64,000 bases of DNA from Octopus sinensis (lineage: Eukaryota), in the NCBI RefSeq assembly GCF_006345805.1, contig NC_043008.1:73036001-73100000 (forward strand), given 5' to 3'. The notes beneath the pieces are model-generated. The model did not search any database. It was not told where the DNA came from and saw only the letters and a list, made by a program, of their open reading frames with translations. Positions within the stretch are counted from its first letter, which is position 1. Every line of letters starts with the position of its first letter. Of the stretch, positions 49,736 to 63,796 are shown one piece after another. Position numbers and translations under genes: made by a program.

Positions 49736-50990
49736 GCATGTATTATACTTGCTTGTCCTGTTCCTTATCACATGGTATTTTCTCCAAAATGAAACTGGAA
49801 TGAAGCCACCTTGAAATACTAGATGAAATTCAAATTGGAAATAATATTGGAAAGCCTTCAGGAAGAGAAATTCCACAATGCTTTTAAGACCTCCAAATGT
49901 AAATAATATATGGATTAAATTATTTACTGAATAGAATCACTTTAGATCTTGTCCTGAAACTTTCTGATACTTCTTTGTATACACAAGTGTGGACACACTA
50001 ACTTAAAAGGTAGTGTATTTAGCATTGAAAGTGGGATTGCTACATGGAAATTAATTACATGTCCTTATACATATGATATATTAGTCTCATGACAGGTAAT
50101 TTATGTTGTTACCAAATGGTTTAATAGTGAAAATGGAGATGTAACTCCAGCAGTCGTCTGACATGGCTCAATGGAAAAGTATGGCCTTCGTGTGTTATCA
50201 TTATAGACTTGAAAATACCATGTACGAAAATGCATGCTAACACAAGAACATGCACTAATTAATCACCATATAAAAACACAACTCAATAAGCCACCTTTAA
50301 AATAGCAAGCATGGGATTCTGTATACAATGAGGTATTAGAAAGAAAGTTCCCTGACTTGGCATACAGTGTGTGTGTGTGTGTGTGTGTATGTGTGTGTGT
50401 GTATGTGTGTGTGTGTGTGTGTGTGTGTACAAAGTATTAAGATATTTACAATAATTCCTTACTTCAAAAGAATTTCTTTGTCAGCTCTCAGATCTGCTAT
50501 GTATCAAATAGGTAAGGCCAACTATATGGGACTTTTTATTATGGAAATTTCTAACAGTATTCTATAAATTTCATGCATCATTACGAATTCCTTTATCAAG
50601 GAATTTCCTCACAGAACTCATATAAATATATGTTTCATGGACAAATGGAGGCGATAATAAATCATTTTTGCAGAAGTAAATTTGTCAGCACTTAAATTTC
50701 CCAGTCGTTAAATTCATCTTTTCTCATCAGTGCCTTATGTGTGTGTGGGGGGAGGGGGGTGTATACATGTCTATAATTATTATTAATATTTATTAGTATG
50801 TATCTATATAGCATGTGCATACATACAGATATATAGCACTTAAGATAGATACTGCATATCCTGGCAATGTCATAAGGGGCATCTAAAGGCTTAGTATCAG
50901 GCAAGGCATCCACCTGTGTAATGCTGCCACAAAAATGATGTATAATCATTACCCCAATTTAATAGGGAAAATGGCCCTAAAATGTTACTT

Positions 50991-51032
<42 letters not shown>

Positions 51033-51103
51033 CACACACACATAGTCACACAACACACACATGCATAAATGTAACAGACACAGCTATACATCTATTAAAG
51101 ATG

Positions 51104-51134
<31 letters not shown>

Positions 51135-51639
51135 ATGAATGTATGTGTATTTGTGTGTGTGTTCAGACATGTGTGCCCGTCTGTATGAATATTTATATCT
51201 ATCTATCTATTTAAATATGCAGGTTAACATATTTATATGCGTTTGCATTTAACAGATATAGTCATGTATGTATAAGTGTGTATATGTCTGGACACATATC
51301 TGTGAATACAGTATTAATGCTTACACACATACACACGCACATATACATAGATAAATTTATATAAACATAAACTCACATACATATATATACATTGCAAACC
51401 GCATAAGTGGTCTGGCAGTAAAATGTGGTGTAACTCTGATAAAAACATTAAACATTTCTTTTCATTCTATAGAAAACAGAAGATAAGACAGTTTCCATTT
51501 TCTTTTAGACAATTTCAAAGAAATAATTTCTACAACTACAGAGAAATAATTTTGCAGAAGATTTCACTGTTTTTCTTCACTGTAGAGCAATATTTCTATT
51601 CAGATATATATTTATAACCATTCTTCTTGTTTATCACCC

Positions 51640-51640
<1 letters not shown>

Positions 51641-51710
<70 letters not shown>
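51641..51710. repeat. (CA)n microsatellite
   Basis: Direct reading. Confidence 0.98.
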
Positions 51711-51713
<3 letters not shown>

Positions 51714-53045
51714 CATATGAGGTACATGATTGCACATCATATATGTATATACAGTTAGAAATATTCCAGAGGTACATAATAAATTATGCACACACACACA
51801 CACACACACATCATAATCATCATTATTTTCCATTCCCTTCTCCAGATCTATATTAGCAGGATGGTTTGCAGTGCCCTTCTTCAGATACTGTTTTGAGTTA
51901 CTGCTATCATCTGCAGGTTTGGGATTGTATCTCATTTCCTCTCAAGTTTGGTTTCTATGCCATTCCTAGCACCAATCAATTTGGGAACCTATAGCCTCAG
52001 CAACTATAGAATATATTGTGTCTCCAAAAGTCTAAAGAAGTCTCTCAACCATATGTTGTCTGCTTGCCAACTTTTTATGAGTACTGCATGCATTTATGAG
52101 CCCAAGCATTAGAAGGTTGCTGTTTTCCTAGAAAGACTAACGATTCCTCCTTAACTTATGTTTTCTCTGTTTAAGGCAACCTGATTAAGAGCCTGATAGA
52201 AAATCCTGTAATGACAGTGAGAGAAGTAAGTTTAGGGATAAATTGTAGAGAGAATGTGATGCGAAAACCAGAGTACAACAGAAAAAAGTGTTACAGGAGA
52301 AAGTGTGTGTATGTGTGTGTGTGTTTTGTTGAAATATCACTATAGATTTGTTATTGGTAATGTAACTGGATAGAAAAGCACGAGTGGTGTTATGGGAGAA
52401 GTGACATGGAGACAATCTAATAGAAAATGTAGTATCTGGAATGAGGGAAAATGTGCGATGGTTGTACACTATGAATGGTAGAGGAGGGGAAAAGTGGAGA
52501 GTGACTGAGGGATAGTAATAAAGATAGTAGCTGGAAAGAGAGAGATAGATAGTGAAAGAAGAAGAGAGAGTGGATAATGGATAACATACAAGACTGATGT
52601 TGAATACGGACAGAATTAACATCATCCTATGTTACACAAGTGGCATAATGGAGAGTTGAGTTTAAATGAAGGTAGTGAAGTACAGGGATAGATGAGGTTG
52701 AATAATAGATGAAATAGTAGTGAAAAGAAAGGAAGAGTAGTAATGAGCAAGAGAGGCATACTCCAACTCTTTCAAATACTATCTTGTTTTATTTCCATTT
52801 CTCATGCTTGTGTGGTCTAGACTGTCCTTCTCTAGCGAGGCATATTCTTTTAAGTTGTCTTCCTTTATAATTTTATTTATGAGATCAGCTTCTTGAAATC
52901 TATCTCCTTCATCTTCTCCTAGATCTATTGACTTGGAGAGTTTGACAAGTCTTTACTCAACAGATGTACTCCTAACAAACCACTTGCTCATCTAGGTGTA
53001 CTCTCACATAATCCTGTGTTCTATTACTTATTCACATACCATGTA

Positions 53046-53443
53046 GGCATATGTGTAGTTGTGGGGTAAGAAGCCTGTTTCTCAACTACATGGTTTCGGG
53101 TTCAGTCCCACTGCATGGCACCTTGGGCAAGTGTCTTCTACTATAGCCTCAGGCTGACTAAAGCCTTGTGAGTAGATTTGGTAGATAGAAACTGAAAGAA
53201 GCCCATCGTGTGTGTGTGTGTGTGTGTATTTATGTGTGTCCTTGTCCTCCCACCATTGCTTGAAAACAGACAATTGATGTTGATGACATTATGTTTCCAT
53301 AACTTAGTGGTTCGGCAAAGTGGCCAAAGAGTAAGTACCAGGCTTACAAAGAATAAGCCCTGGGGTTGATTTCTTCAACTAAAACACTTTAAGGCAGTGC
53401 TCCAGCATGGCTGCAGTCAAATGACTGCAACATGTAAAAGAAT
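53046..53443 (+). mobile_element. SINE family A
   Basis: GGGTTCAGTCCCACTGCATGGCACCTTGGGCAAGTGTCTTCTACTATAGCC..GCTCCAGCATGGCTGCAGTCAAATGACT. Confidence 0.85.
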
Positions 53444-54574
53444 ACCTGATCACTGCCAGATAATCAGATTCCTATATCCTTTCTAGACTGGGCATATCCT
53501 ATACATTCAAGGCCCATGTATCATTACTGTGCAATATTGCACTTCATACACAAGCATCATACAATATGTCCTCCACTTTGTGAGAGAGAGATTTTGTTCT
53601 AATCAGTGGTAAAAACTTCCTGAACATTTTCTACGCCTTCTACACTCTCATTTATGTTTATATAATATCCACTTCCTCTATTAATTTGGTCACCAAGGCT
53701 CACCTCTGTCTGCCTGCCAGTGATCCCACTAAACTTTTTATGTATTCATAGTTTATTCGCACACATTATGTAGAATTTCTGTCAACTCTGTTTTTGTAAA
53801 TCAAGCACATCCATTGCTTTGATCCAGTAGTGTCTTGTCTATTTTCTTGCTAACTGAAACTTTCGTACTTGTTAATTTTACATTGAAATCTCTTAAATCT
53901 AGATTAAACTTTCATCTCTATTATTTTCTAAATCTTTTCCAGATTCAACCATGTTCCTGGATAACTGGAAAATATATGTTCTGAAAGAAAACTAGTCTAA
54001 AATTTCTCTGTTATATACCTTAGTGTCAATAAACAGAAACAGGCTGAGGCTTGAGCCTGATAGACTCAAACCTGCATGCTATATCCCTCACTGAACTCAC
54101 ATTTGTAACGCTATCCTTGTTGACATCATCTTTGTAGCTGAACCATCATCTAACATTAATTTTCTTAACAAACACAAGATTATAACATGAGAACCATTTG
54201 CACTAGATTCTCACTTACTCATGAAATCTCTTCATGCATCAAACTCTCACAGTTGCATATCCAGACATTTTTCTTTCCAGCATCAGTGATAGCAAGTTTT
54301 CCAAAGTCATTATCTACACACATGACTTCAGCAACACCTTGATTATTTCAGATACACTATTTTGCAATGCAACTTATCTTACAATTGAGATCCTCACCTT
54401 CTCTTTTGTTTAGTAGACTTGATGTTTGTTTCTCTTCTAGCTACTTGATACTGTTTTAAATATATAAAGGTGCACAAGCATACCTTTACGTATACACACA
54501 CATGCACACAAACATATAAACTTGCTGGGTCAAAGAACAGAGTATATGCATATGTGAGTATCTGTGTGTGTTTG

Positions 54575-54590
54575 AGAGAGAGTGAGAGAG

Positions 54591-54652
<62 letters not shown>

Positions 54653-54666
54653 GTGTGTGTGTGTGT
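54575..54666. repeat. (GA)n/(GT)n microsatellite
   Basis: Direct reading. Confidence 0.97.
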
Positions 54667-57600
54667 TAGAATATATCACTTTATCATCAGAAATAAAAAC
54701 TTCACTGTCATGAAGTCATAAGTATCTTCAAGCTGAAGAACATGTGACCATCACCATAGTGAACAACAATTTATAGTCTCAAATGTCCCAAAACTCATGA
54801 CCCGATACAGCAAGCTTTTAAAAATCCACTGCATTTCAGTAATTAGCCAAAGAATTGGAGATATTTCTATGAGTGCAGATGTAATTCAAGAAACAGCTGG
54901 ATAAGGGATAATCTTCAGTTTGAGATCTCAGATGAACCAATGTCATAGTTAGAAATGCAACATGTTTCCTTATTCATCGAACACCAACTGCAGAAGGAGT
55001 TCTTTGGAAACACAAAATCAGTGGTAATATCATAGGCAATGCCTCAGGGTGGCTTCAGCTCTCAAGCTTGTGCTAGTAAAGAGAGCAAGAGTAAAATAAT
55101 ATATATATTATATATATATATAATATATATAGTAAAATATATATATATATATATTATATACATGTATGTATATAAACATACTTACATATACAGAGAGATA
55201 GAGAGAGAAATGTATACACTCATGCATATGTATAAATGCACACATACATATATGCATCCCCTCACAGACATCACATGTAAGTAGAGACAAATCTCTTGGA
55301 AAGCTTTTATGCTAACAGTGTAATATACATTGTCTTAAACATCCAATGAGAGTTAACAATACTGTGTATGTGTGTGTACATGCACATGTATAGCTGTAGA
55401 AGAAATGAATTATTTGACCTGAAGAAGTCATTAACACACCATTTCCTACTTAAATGAGTGAAGAGTTAATAACAAATCCTTCTTCCTGAATGGTAGCTCT
55501 CATCTATATACCAAACCTTTCACCACTACCATTTCCAAGAATCCTACTAACAATTATGTTCTGCTCAATACAAACAGTGACAGTCCTCTTAAATACGAAA
55601 TTTCTGTCATAAAATCATTCCTGTGAAAAGTACTCTTAATATGTACCAGCCTGCAGCTACTTACTTCATGATGAAACTACTGGAATAAAGTATATATTTG
55701 TCAGTAATGGCTACAGCAATAGGTTTATGATTGGCTGTTTAGCACAATTTAAGCAAATCAGAACCGTACAAAGTGTAACACCTATGATTTATATCATTCT
55801 CTAAAATTTTATGCATTACCTGCAAAAAATATATCAGAAAACTAAATGAACTGTAAGCGCAATCTAGACAAAAGAACTCTTAGAAATAATATAAAATGAA
55901 ATACGCTTTGTGTTAAAAGCAATGACAGCATCAAAAATATTAAATACTGGAATAGATACATGCATACAACATTTTGTATTGGTAAAAATAAGCTCTGAAA
56001 TATTTCTGATAATGTTCTACCCTCCTCCTCCTTCTTCTTCTCCTCCTCCTTCTTCTCCTCCTCCTTCTTCTCCTCCTCCTTCTCCTCATCATCATCATTA
56101 TACCATCCTCCTCTTGATCATCACCACTTCCATCTGCTCTTCCTTGCCATCAACAGCAACATCACCATCATCCCTTTCTCCTCTTTCCTCTTCACCATCT
56201 TCACCTCCAACAAAAGCTGCCTTACCACCATTATTCTCATCAACATTCCCTTTTCCACTTTATCATAACCACCACCACCATCATCATCATTTTCATGATC
56301 ATCATCATTAACATGGACATCATTGCTTCCCAACCTGCTCAGTTGGGATGTACCTAAAGTTAGTCCTGAAATGCTAATTATTCATCATTGTATTATCTGA
56401 TGTGACTGACTGGTTATAACCAGATCAGTTTAATTAATAAGGTAACTAAAGGAAATTAATCTCTGTTGAGTTTAGTAATTAGTTTTTTAATGAATGTAAC
56501 TACTCATTCATTTAATTAGGATTTAAGTGGCTGAATATTCCCAAGACAGAATGTAATATTTGGGCAGAAACAATGTAATAGAATGAGTAACAATGGTGGT
56601 TATTCATACCATAGGTATCGTTGCAGACTTCCATATAATTTCTACCTGCTTCTATTATTTATACTGCAATGGTGATCTGAAAAGCTTGTAAAAGAGATTT
56701 GCCTAAAATGTCACACATTGGTATTAAATCTGGGACATCAGGACTGCAAAATGAGCTTCTGAGCCACTCAGCTGTACCTGTATTGGTTGTACTCATATAA
56801 TTGCACATATTCATACATACACACATATACAGACATATACCAATGCAATAACTATCTCTCATTTGTACTGGAAATAGAATTAGAAAAAAAAACTGATTAA
56901 TAGCAGGATCTCTCTAGAATATTTCATGAATAACCAAATTATATTCATCTGTAGATATTAGAATACATATGCACTTATGTGCATTTATAAACAGCCATAT
57001 ACATACTATATAAGTCTATGAATAATATTACATATATGTATATTCAAATGAGTCTGTAAATAAGTGTCTGCATGTATGTATTAAATGTACATGTACACAT
57101 ACATGCACATGCACACATGCTCATACACATATTGGTATATATCATCATCTAATGTCCATGTTACATACTGGTATGGTCTGCATGGTTTCACAAAGTCCAA
57201 GGTCTGTATCATATCCTCTTGTTCCTCATGTCTCTTTTGTCACTGTATCTATTGCTGGATACCCTTCCTACTGCCAGTCACTATACTATATGTTTTGAGT
57301 ACATTCTTTGTGCCATCTACTCTATTGGCCTATGAACCCCTAGAAAGCAGCTTTATGCTAAGAGATGAAGAGTACAAGTAAAAAGACCAGAGCAGAGCAG
57401 GTTTCTTATTATAAATGAGCTAGATGACCACTCACATATGTGACTATTACTGAAGGAGAGATCAGCAGCTGGAAAGAGATAAAATTAGTGATGATAGTGC
57501 CAGGGTGGATCTTCATGGTATAGGGTAGACAGAAATGATTGGATGCATAAAGACCATGAGTGAGAGGGTGGGTGGATATTGCAAAAGAGTATGAAGGATG

Positions 57601-57946
57601 TGAAATTGGGAACAGGTGAGGGAGGATGTTGTAAGTGACCACCAGCAATGCAAAAAGAGGGAAAGGAAGAGTAGGAGATGATGTCCAGCATAGAGCAGCA
57701 GAATCATGATGTCAATAAGGTTAACAGAAAGACATGGAAGATGACATGCCGGTGAGTAGATTAGAGGAGTGAGTGGGAAGAGATAGGAATGCAGGAGAGA
57801 ATGAGGAGAAGGAAAGATTTATGGTGGTGTAGGGGGAATAATCAATGAAAGAGAGGGTGGAGAGAAGAGTATTACTGGATGAAGGCAGGACAGAAACCTA
57901 GGGAATGTGTGTGTATGTGTGTGTGTGTGTGCATATATATGTACAT

Positions 57947-58268
57947 GTGAGGGCACGTGGCTTAGTGGTTAGGGCATTCGGCTCATGATCGTAAGGTTGT
58001 GAGTACGATTCCCGGCGACGCGTTGTGTCCTTGAGCAAGACACTTTATTTCACGTTGCTCCAGTCCACTCAGCTGGCAAAAATGAGTTGTACTTGTATTT
58101 CAAAGGGTCAGCCTTGTCACTCTCTGTGTCACGCTGATTATCCCCGAGAACTACGTTAAGGGTACACATGTCTGTGGAATGCTCAGCCATTTGCACGTTA
58201 ATTTCACGAGCAAGCTGTTCCGTTGATCGTATCAGCTGGGACCCTCGTCGTCGTAACCGGCGGAGTCT
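57947..58268 (+). mobile_element. tRNA-derived SINE family C, full length
   Basis: A box TGGCTTAGTGG, B box GAGTACGATTCC and CORE-like TTGTGTCCTTGAGCAAGACACTT. Matches 7489-7813. Confidence 0.87.
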
Positions 58269-58434
58269 TTGAATATACATATTACTCTCTTCACCCTTTT
58301 ACTCATTTAATTGTTTCAGTAAGATATTTGAGGACAAATTTAGGTTAATAAAAAAACAGATGTATAACAACAGATAATAACTTGATAAAAAAATGCTATG
58401 AGGATAAAAATAAACATTCTTTTCTATAATGTTA

Positions 58435-59416
58435 TTCAATAAAGCCACTTTCAGTTTCAACTACTGCTTCTATATGAGATCTAAATCATCTACATGCTTG
58501 AATCAAGTGGTCTGCTTCATTTTGGACACTACTCTGCCTGTGGCAGTTTTCAAAGGAACTTTGGTGTTAAGGGCGTGTTTATGACCTCTCTCTCAACAAC
58601 GCTCTACATGTAACAGTCCAATGGATTGAGATCTAGGGAGTTAGGAAGCCAAATGTTAGGGGTTATGTGATCATGAAAATTTTCAGCCATCCACTCTTGT
58701 GTTACTAGAGCCATGTTTGATAGTGCAGAGTGTTACTGAAATGCATATGGCCTTCAATTGCATACAATGTCTATCCAGGGCTTAACAGTTGTTTCCAGGA
58801 CCTCAATGTAGGCAGCAGAGTTAACACTAAGGCCTTGTGGAAAGAAGTAAGGAGGCATCACATGTCCTTTATTGCTGACAACCCTTAAAACCATGACAGT
58901 TGCAGGAAACTTTGTATGCATAACACTTAGAACTTCAGAAGGGTCTGAACATAATCATCTGTCAAGTTTTTCTTGTTTGAGAAAAACCAAATCAAATCTT
59001 CTGCTGGATTTTTAGGTTTGTTTAAGAGCCTTTTAGATCTGATGTAGTGATTTTCTTTTAATTTTTCTGACTAATTGACCTTTCCTCATCATGGACAACA
59101 TTTCTGACTGTTCCTTCTGATACATGAAGATCTTTTGCAATTAACCTCATGGACTTTCTGGGATTGTAATCAATGGTCTGTTGAACTTGCTGGATAGATT
59201 CAAGCGTTCTGATGATTTCAGAGTGCTTAGAATGCTTTTTATGCTTTGATACTGGTGATATGTTTCAATGTTCAGTCTCTAACTCCTTGAAAACTTTGTA
59301 GACAAAAGATCTGAGAACTTTTAAAAATTGAGATATTTCTAAATCACTATGTTCAGCCTTTATAAACACAATAACAGCATGCCTCTTCATTTCTTGAGTA
59401 AGCTGAGGGTCTGCCA
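58435..59416 (-). pseudogene. Decayed Tc1/mariner-superfamily transposase (maT/DD37D-like)
   Basis: MADPQLTQEMKRHAVIV..LEISQFLKV, IWFFS, TKFPATVMVL.VVS..G.VMPP.FF.QGL.VN.AAY.EVL and TQEWM.ENF..PNIWLPNSLDLNPLD (WPPNSPDLNPLD-type). Confidence 0.85.
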
Positions 59417-59581
59417 TTATTATTTTCTGAAACAAAGATTAGACAGAGTTTGCAAAAAATGCAACAATGACCCCCACCCTACAAAAGACAAATATATATG
59501 TGTATTGAGTGTCCAATAATACTATATTTGTTCCACGTCCTCACATTGTTGTGTTTTTTGTGCTTTCTTGTTTGGATTAAC

Positions 59582-59646
<65 letters not shown>

Positions 59647-59695
59647 GTGTGTGTGTGTGTGTGTGCATGTGTATCTCTCTCTCTCTCTCTCTCTT

Positions 59696-59736
<41 letters not shown>

Positions 59737-59909
59737 TTATATATTAATTTTGCAAGATTCTTGATGTGAAATCGTGTGTTGAAACAGATATTGTTCTATT
59801 TAGGAATGATCATTTTGCTAGTTTAGCGAAAAAAAACACATGCACTATATATTTGGTGTTACTTTGCTTCAGCGCTATTTGTTTTTTACATTAATCATAA
59901 TCTCATTTT

Positions 59910-59954
59910 GGCCAGAGTTCTTTCACCACAATCTTGTGACCTCATCAGTGGTCC
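59910..59954 (-). ncRNA. Minimal type I hammerhead with intact core
   Basis: Minus strand GGACCA-CTGATGA-gGTCACA agat TGTGGT-GAAA-GAAC-TC-TGGCC. The mirror copy at 61347-61391 (+) has stem II GTCATA/TGTGAC but AAAA in place of GAAA. Confidence 0.72.
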
Positions 59955-60305
59955 TTTGCTTTCTTCTTTCTTATTTGTGTGTCTCTCCTTACTAACGATC
60001 AGCCATTTTATATTTTGTATTCCTATTGTATGTGTCTTTATTTGCACATGCGTATACCTCTATGTGCGTCTATGTTTAGTAAATGCGTGTGTGTGTGTGT
60101 CGGGAGGGGGAGTCTGTATTATCTGTATCCCCGGTTTATACATGTTCGTTTAATTTGTTTTTATTTATTTTGTTCATGTGCTTATACCTACTTATTTTTT
60201 TCTATTCTTTCTCTTTTTGTATTTAATTTTGTTAACTTAAATAGTTATTTAATTCCATTTGTTTATCTGTGTGTTGTATTATATTTTGTTCATATTGTTA
60301 TCAGT

Positions 60306-61217
60306 TTATGGGGATCTTATTCTGTCATATGTTGTGGTGTGTTGGGTGTGTGTGCTAGTGTTTCATTCCAGTTTCCTATTCATGCCAGGTTTATCTTCTA
60401 TTATGCGTGTAGCTTCTGTAATTTGTCTAAGCGTTGCATCTGTTCTATGTCTGGACAAGATTTTAACTTCTATGTTGTTGAGCAAGCCCCTGTGTTCCTG
60501 CTCGGCATGCTTGTACAGAACCAATGAGCTCTTCTCTTCCTTAAGTTCCCTTCAATGCTCATTTACATGCTCTCCTATGCTCTGTGCTGATTCCACTATG
60601 TACGTCGTTGTCTTGTTACTGCACCGTCCTTCTGTACATCTTATACTATAGACTACATTTCTGGCTTTACAATTTGTTTGTGGGCTAAATTTCCATACAG
60701 TACAGGGGATTCTACTAAAAGAGTAGGTTCTACCGATTAGGAATTTGATAGGGTTGCCAGGCATTTCAACAACCTTAATTCTTAGCCTAAGTTTGTCTAA
60801 GGCCCTTCTAAAGCAGTACGCAAGTTTGTCTCTAGGGGTGGTGTTGACAAACATGACACTCTGGTATTTGTGGCTATCAAACCTTGAGTTGGTCTTCCCT
60901 ATTTTCTTCTTAGTCCTTTCAATGGTGTCCCATGACTTGTTCCTATAGAGTGGGCAAATCCCATTCCTATCATTACGTATGATAGTTTCGAATTTCCTCA
61001 TGGCTCCTTTGTATACTCTGATCCTTTCTTTATGGCTGTAACCTGAGAACTGCATGCAGTGAACAAAATGTTGTATGTGTCTCTTTAACTCTGTAGGGTC
61101 ACACATGCAGAACACATTTCACATTATTCTGACGATGTCTGCCATCAATATATTGAATTTGGCATTTTCCGTGATAGCTGAGTTCTGGTGGATCAGGTAT
61201 TTGGAGGTCATAGGTTT
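60306..61217 (-). pseudogene. PLE thumb and GIY-YIG endonuclease remnant, one frame with three internal TGA codons
   Basis: KPMTSKYLIHQNSA..KFNIL, SGY, PLYR..W..ER, SVMFV.TTP, IKVVE, CKARNVVYSIRC..C..YIVES..EH, LYKH...EH, RQITEA and MNRKLE*N. Confidence 0.85.
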
Positions 61218-61799
61218 GGCAAACCTATGGGATAGCCATAGGGGTATATGCATGCACAAATAGAGACACATAAAATAGGAATATAAAGTATAAAATGGCT
61301 GATTGTTAGTAAGGAAAGACACACAAATAAGAAAGAAGAAAGCAAAGAACCACTGATGAGGTCATAGAAATGTGACAAAAGAACTCTGGCCGAAATACGA
61401 TTAACGTAAAAATAAATAAAACTGAAGCAAATTAACACCAAATATAGAGTGCGTGTGTTTTATTGGCTAAACTGGCAACATGACCATCCCCAAATACAAC
61501 AATATATATATATATATATGTGTGTGTGTGTATATATACATATATAGTGTGAGTGTGTGTGTATGGAGTATGAGGACATATAATTATCAGTATATTGCTC
61601 TCTTCAAACGAACTAAAATACTTTTATTTCTTTTAGATCTTACTTGATAGATAAAATGCTAACACAAGAAAAGATATGCATGTATTGTTGCCATATAGGC
61701 AGAACACAGCAATTTAAAAACTGTCAGCTTTCTAAATATTACAAAATTTTTTGTACACAAGTTTTAGACGGAATATGATATCTCTAGTGGGAATGATTA

Positions 61800-62510
61800 A
61801 ACTTTTTCAAAGAGAACAAAAAAAAAAGAGAAAATATTGTGAAAGTCTGGACACTATAAGGACACTGCAATTCTTCCAGCAGTTTCGAAACATTATCTGC
61901 GATTATTCTAGAAAATCAATGAGGCCCATCAGCAAAGGACATCAGATGTCAAATTGGACTATCAGAACTGCAGTGCATGAGAATATTTAACACAAGTCAT
62001 ATGAGAAGAAGCCAGTTTATTTCTGCAAATTCACAGGGAAACCATTTGATGTATGCCAAGTGATTATCAATGAATGGGAAAAATCTTTAACTAAGACCAA
62101 AAATCTAACTGGAGAAATCACAGATGGTTATTTGCTGATTCTTCTGATGTTCCCATCCTCAAGTGATGAGCAGCTGAGATAGTTTTAGGTGTGGTGTGTA
62201 ATGATGGTCATTTCAATTCACATCTTTCTACAGTGTCTTAGAAATTAATGCTGCTGGATACATTGAGGTACTGGAGACCATTGTTAAGCCCTGAATGAGT
62301 GAAGTATTCAGTAGAAGATCATATATGATTCAACAAGAACAGCACCTCACAAAGCTCACATAACCCAAGGATGGATGACAGGCAATTTTAACAATTACGT
62401 AACACCAAACTTGTGGAATCCGAATGAGCCAGACTGAAATAACATGGACTACTAGGTTTGGAGCATTGTTGAAAAGAAGACTAACTGACATATTCATATC
62501 ATAGTTCCAT
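61800..62510 (+). pseudogene. Second, more decayed maT/DD37D-like transposase
   Basis: KSMRPISK..TIRTAVHENI, INAAGYIEVLETIVKP and APHKAHITQGWM.GNF..TPNLWNPNEPD*NNMDY*VWSIVE. Confidence 0.75.
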
Positions 62511-62524
62511 TAAAAGTTACCACA

Positions 62525-62682
62525 GGTCCACTGTGGTTTGCAAAGGTAGAACTGGGGGGGTCCGTGAACTAAATTCAAATTTCATATATATATACATAAG
62601 GATAATCATATTAACAGGGGTCCATGGGAAAACTCATTTCAAAACAAGGGATCCTTGATAGTGAAAAGGTTGGAAACCGCTG
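62525..62682. mobile_element. Probable hAT-type MITE end
   Basis: Ends AAAAGGTTGGAAACCGCTG (reverse CAGCGGTTTCCAACCT) with subterminal GGGGTCC repeats. The partner end was not seen. Confidence 0.45.
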
Positions 62683-63589
62683 GTCAAGAGGATGTCCAAA
62701 ATGAATAAGGACCATTTATTGAAAGTATTTAAATTATTCTTGTTCATTAATGAAACCATCATCAAAACTGATGCAAAATTTACAGAATACCCCATCTTAT
62801 AAGGATATTTATCAATAATGGGCACAAACTTTTATTAAAATGCATATTATTTTTGATAGAATTGGTTTGTTTTATTAAATCATCAAATATGTCCTCAAAT
62901 ACCTCTTGCAACCTCGGATTGTTTGTGTAATAGAGAGGAAGAGAGACAGAGTCAGAGACAGACAGACAAAGAGAGAGGGAAACAGACAGACAAAATCATA
63001 GATTGAAATGCATTGACAGTTATAAAGGAAGCCATGTGACAGTGATGTGTTTAAGAATGATATCAATGATGGTGATGTCAATGATCACAATAATAATGAT
63101 GTTGATGTAATGAAGATGGAGGTTGGAACTGGTGTTGGAGATGATGATGTTCTAGATAACATGTCGGAAACAGATTCCCAATCGTCTGAGACACAAACGA
63201 CATTAAAAATATCAACAACAACATCAAAAACAAACAATCAAACAACAAAGCAACAACAACAAACAAATCCAGCCAAAGCACAAAAGAACTTAGAGAATAT
63301 TAACTGCAAAAAATTCTTCTTCTGTTCTGTTGCAGTTCAAAGTGTCACAATAATAGACATTTAAAGAATGGTTAAAATAATTAAAAAATTTTCTAACTTT
63401 GTCAGTTATTCTAAAACAGAACAATGCCAGCTTCTATTTCTTACAATATATCGCCATTTATAGAATCTTCCAGATTTATTCTTGAAAATACAAGTGTTTT
63501 AAGATAAATGTTTCTGAAAGAATTCTTTGCATGGTCTTTGACTATTAACACCCTCCTCCTTCTTCTTTATTATTATAAGTATTATTATT

Positions 63590-63796
63590 AAGACAGCAAG
63601 TTGGCAGAATTGTTACTGTGCCAGGCAAAATGCTTAGTGGCATTTCGTCTCTCTTTATGTTCTGATTTCATTTCTGTCAAGGTCAGCTTAGCCCTTTACC
63701 CTTTTGGGGTTTATAAAATAAGTACCAGTTGATCACTGGGGTCGATGTAATGGACTTACCCTTCCTCAAAAATTGCAGACCTTGTGCCAAATTTAA

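Larger units (their letters stand above)
59742..61505 (-). mobile_element. 5'-truncated Penelope-like element (Naiad-like) with inverted pseudo-LTRs
   Basis: Inverted repeats at about 59788-60060 and 61243-61505 flank a thumb plus GIY-YIG coding remnant. Inserted in (TA)/(TG) tracts. Confidence 0.85.

Noticed and set aside
63047-63364. 105-aa acidic/Thr-Gln-rich ORF
   Set aside because: Composition is explained by GAT and AAC triplet repeats, with no domain signal.
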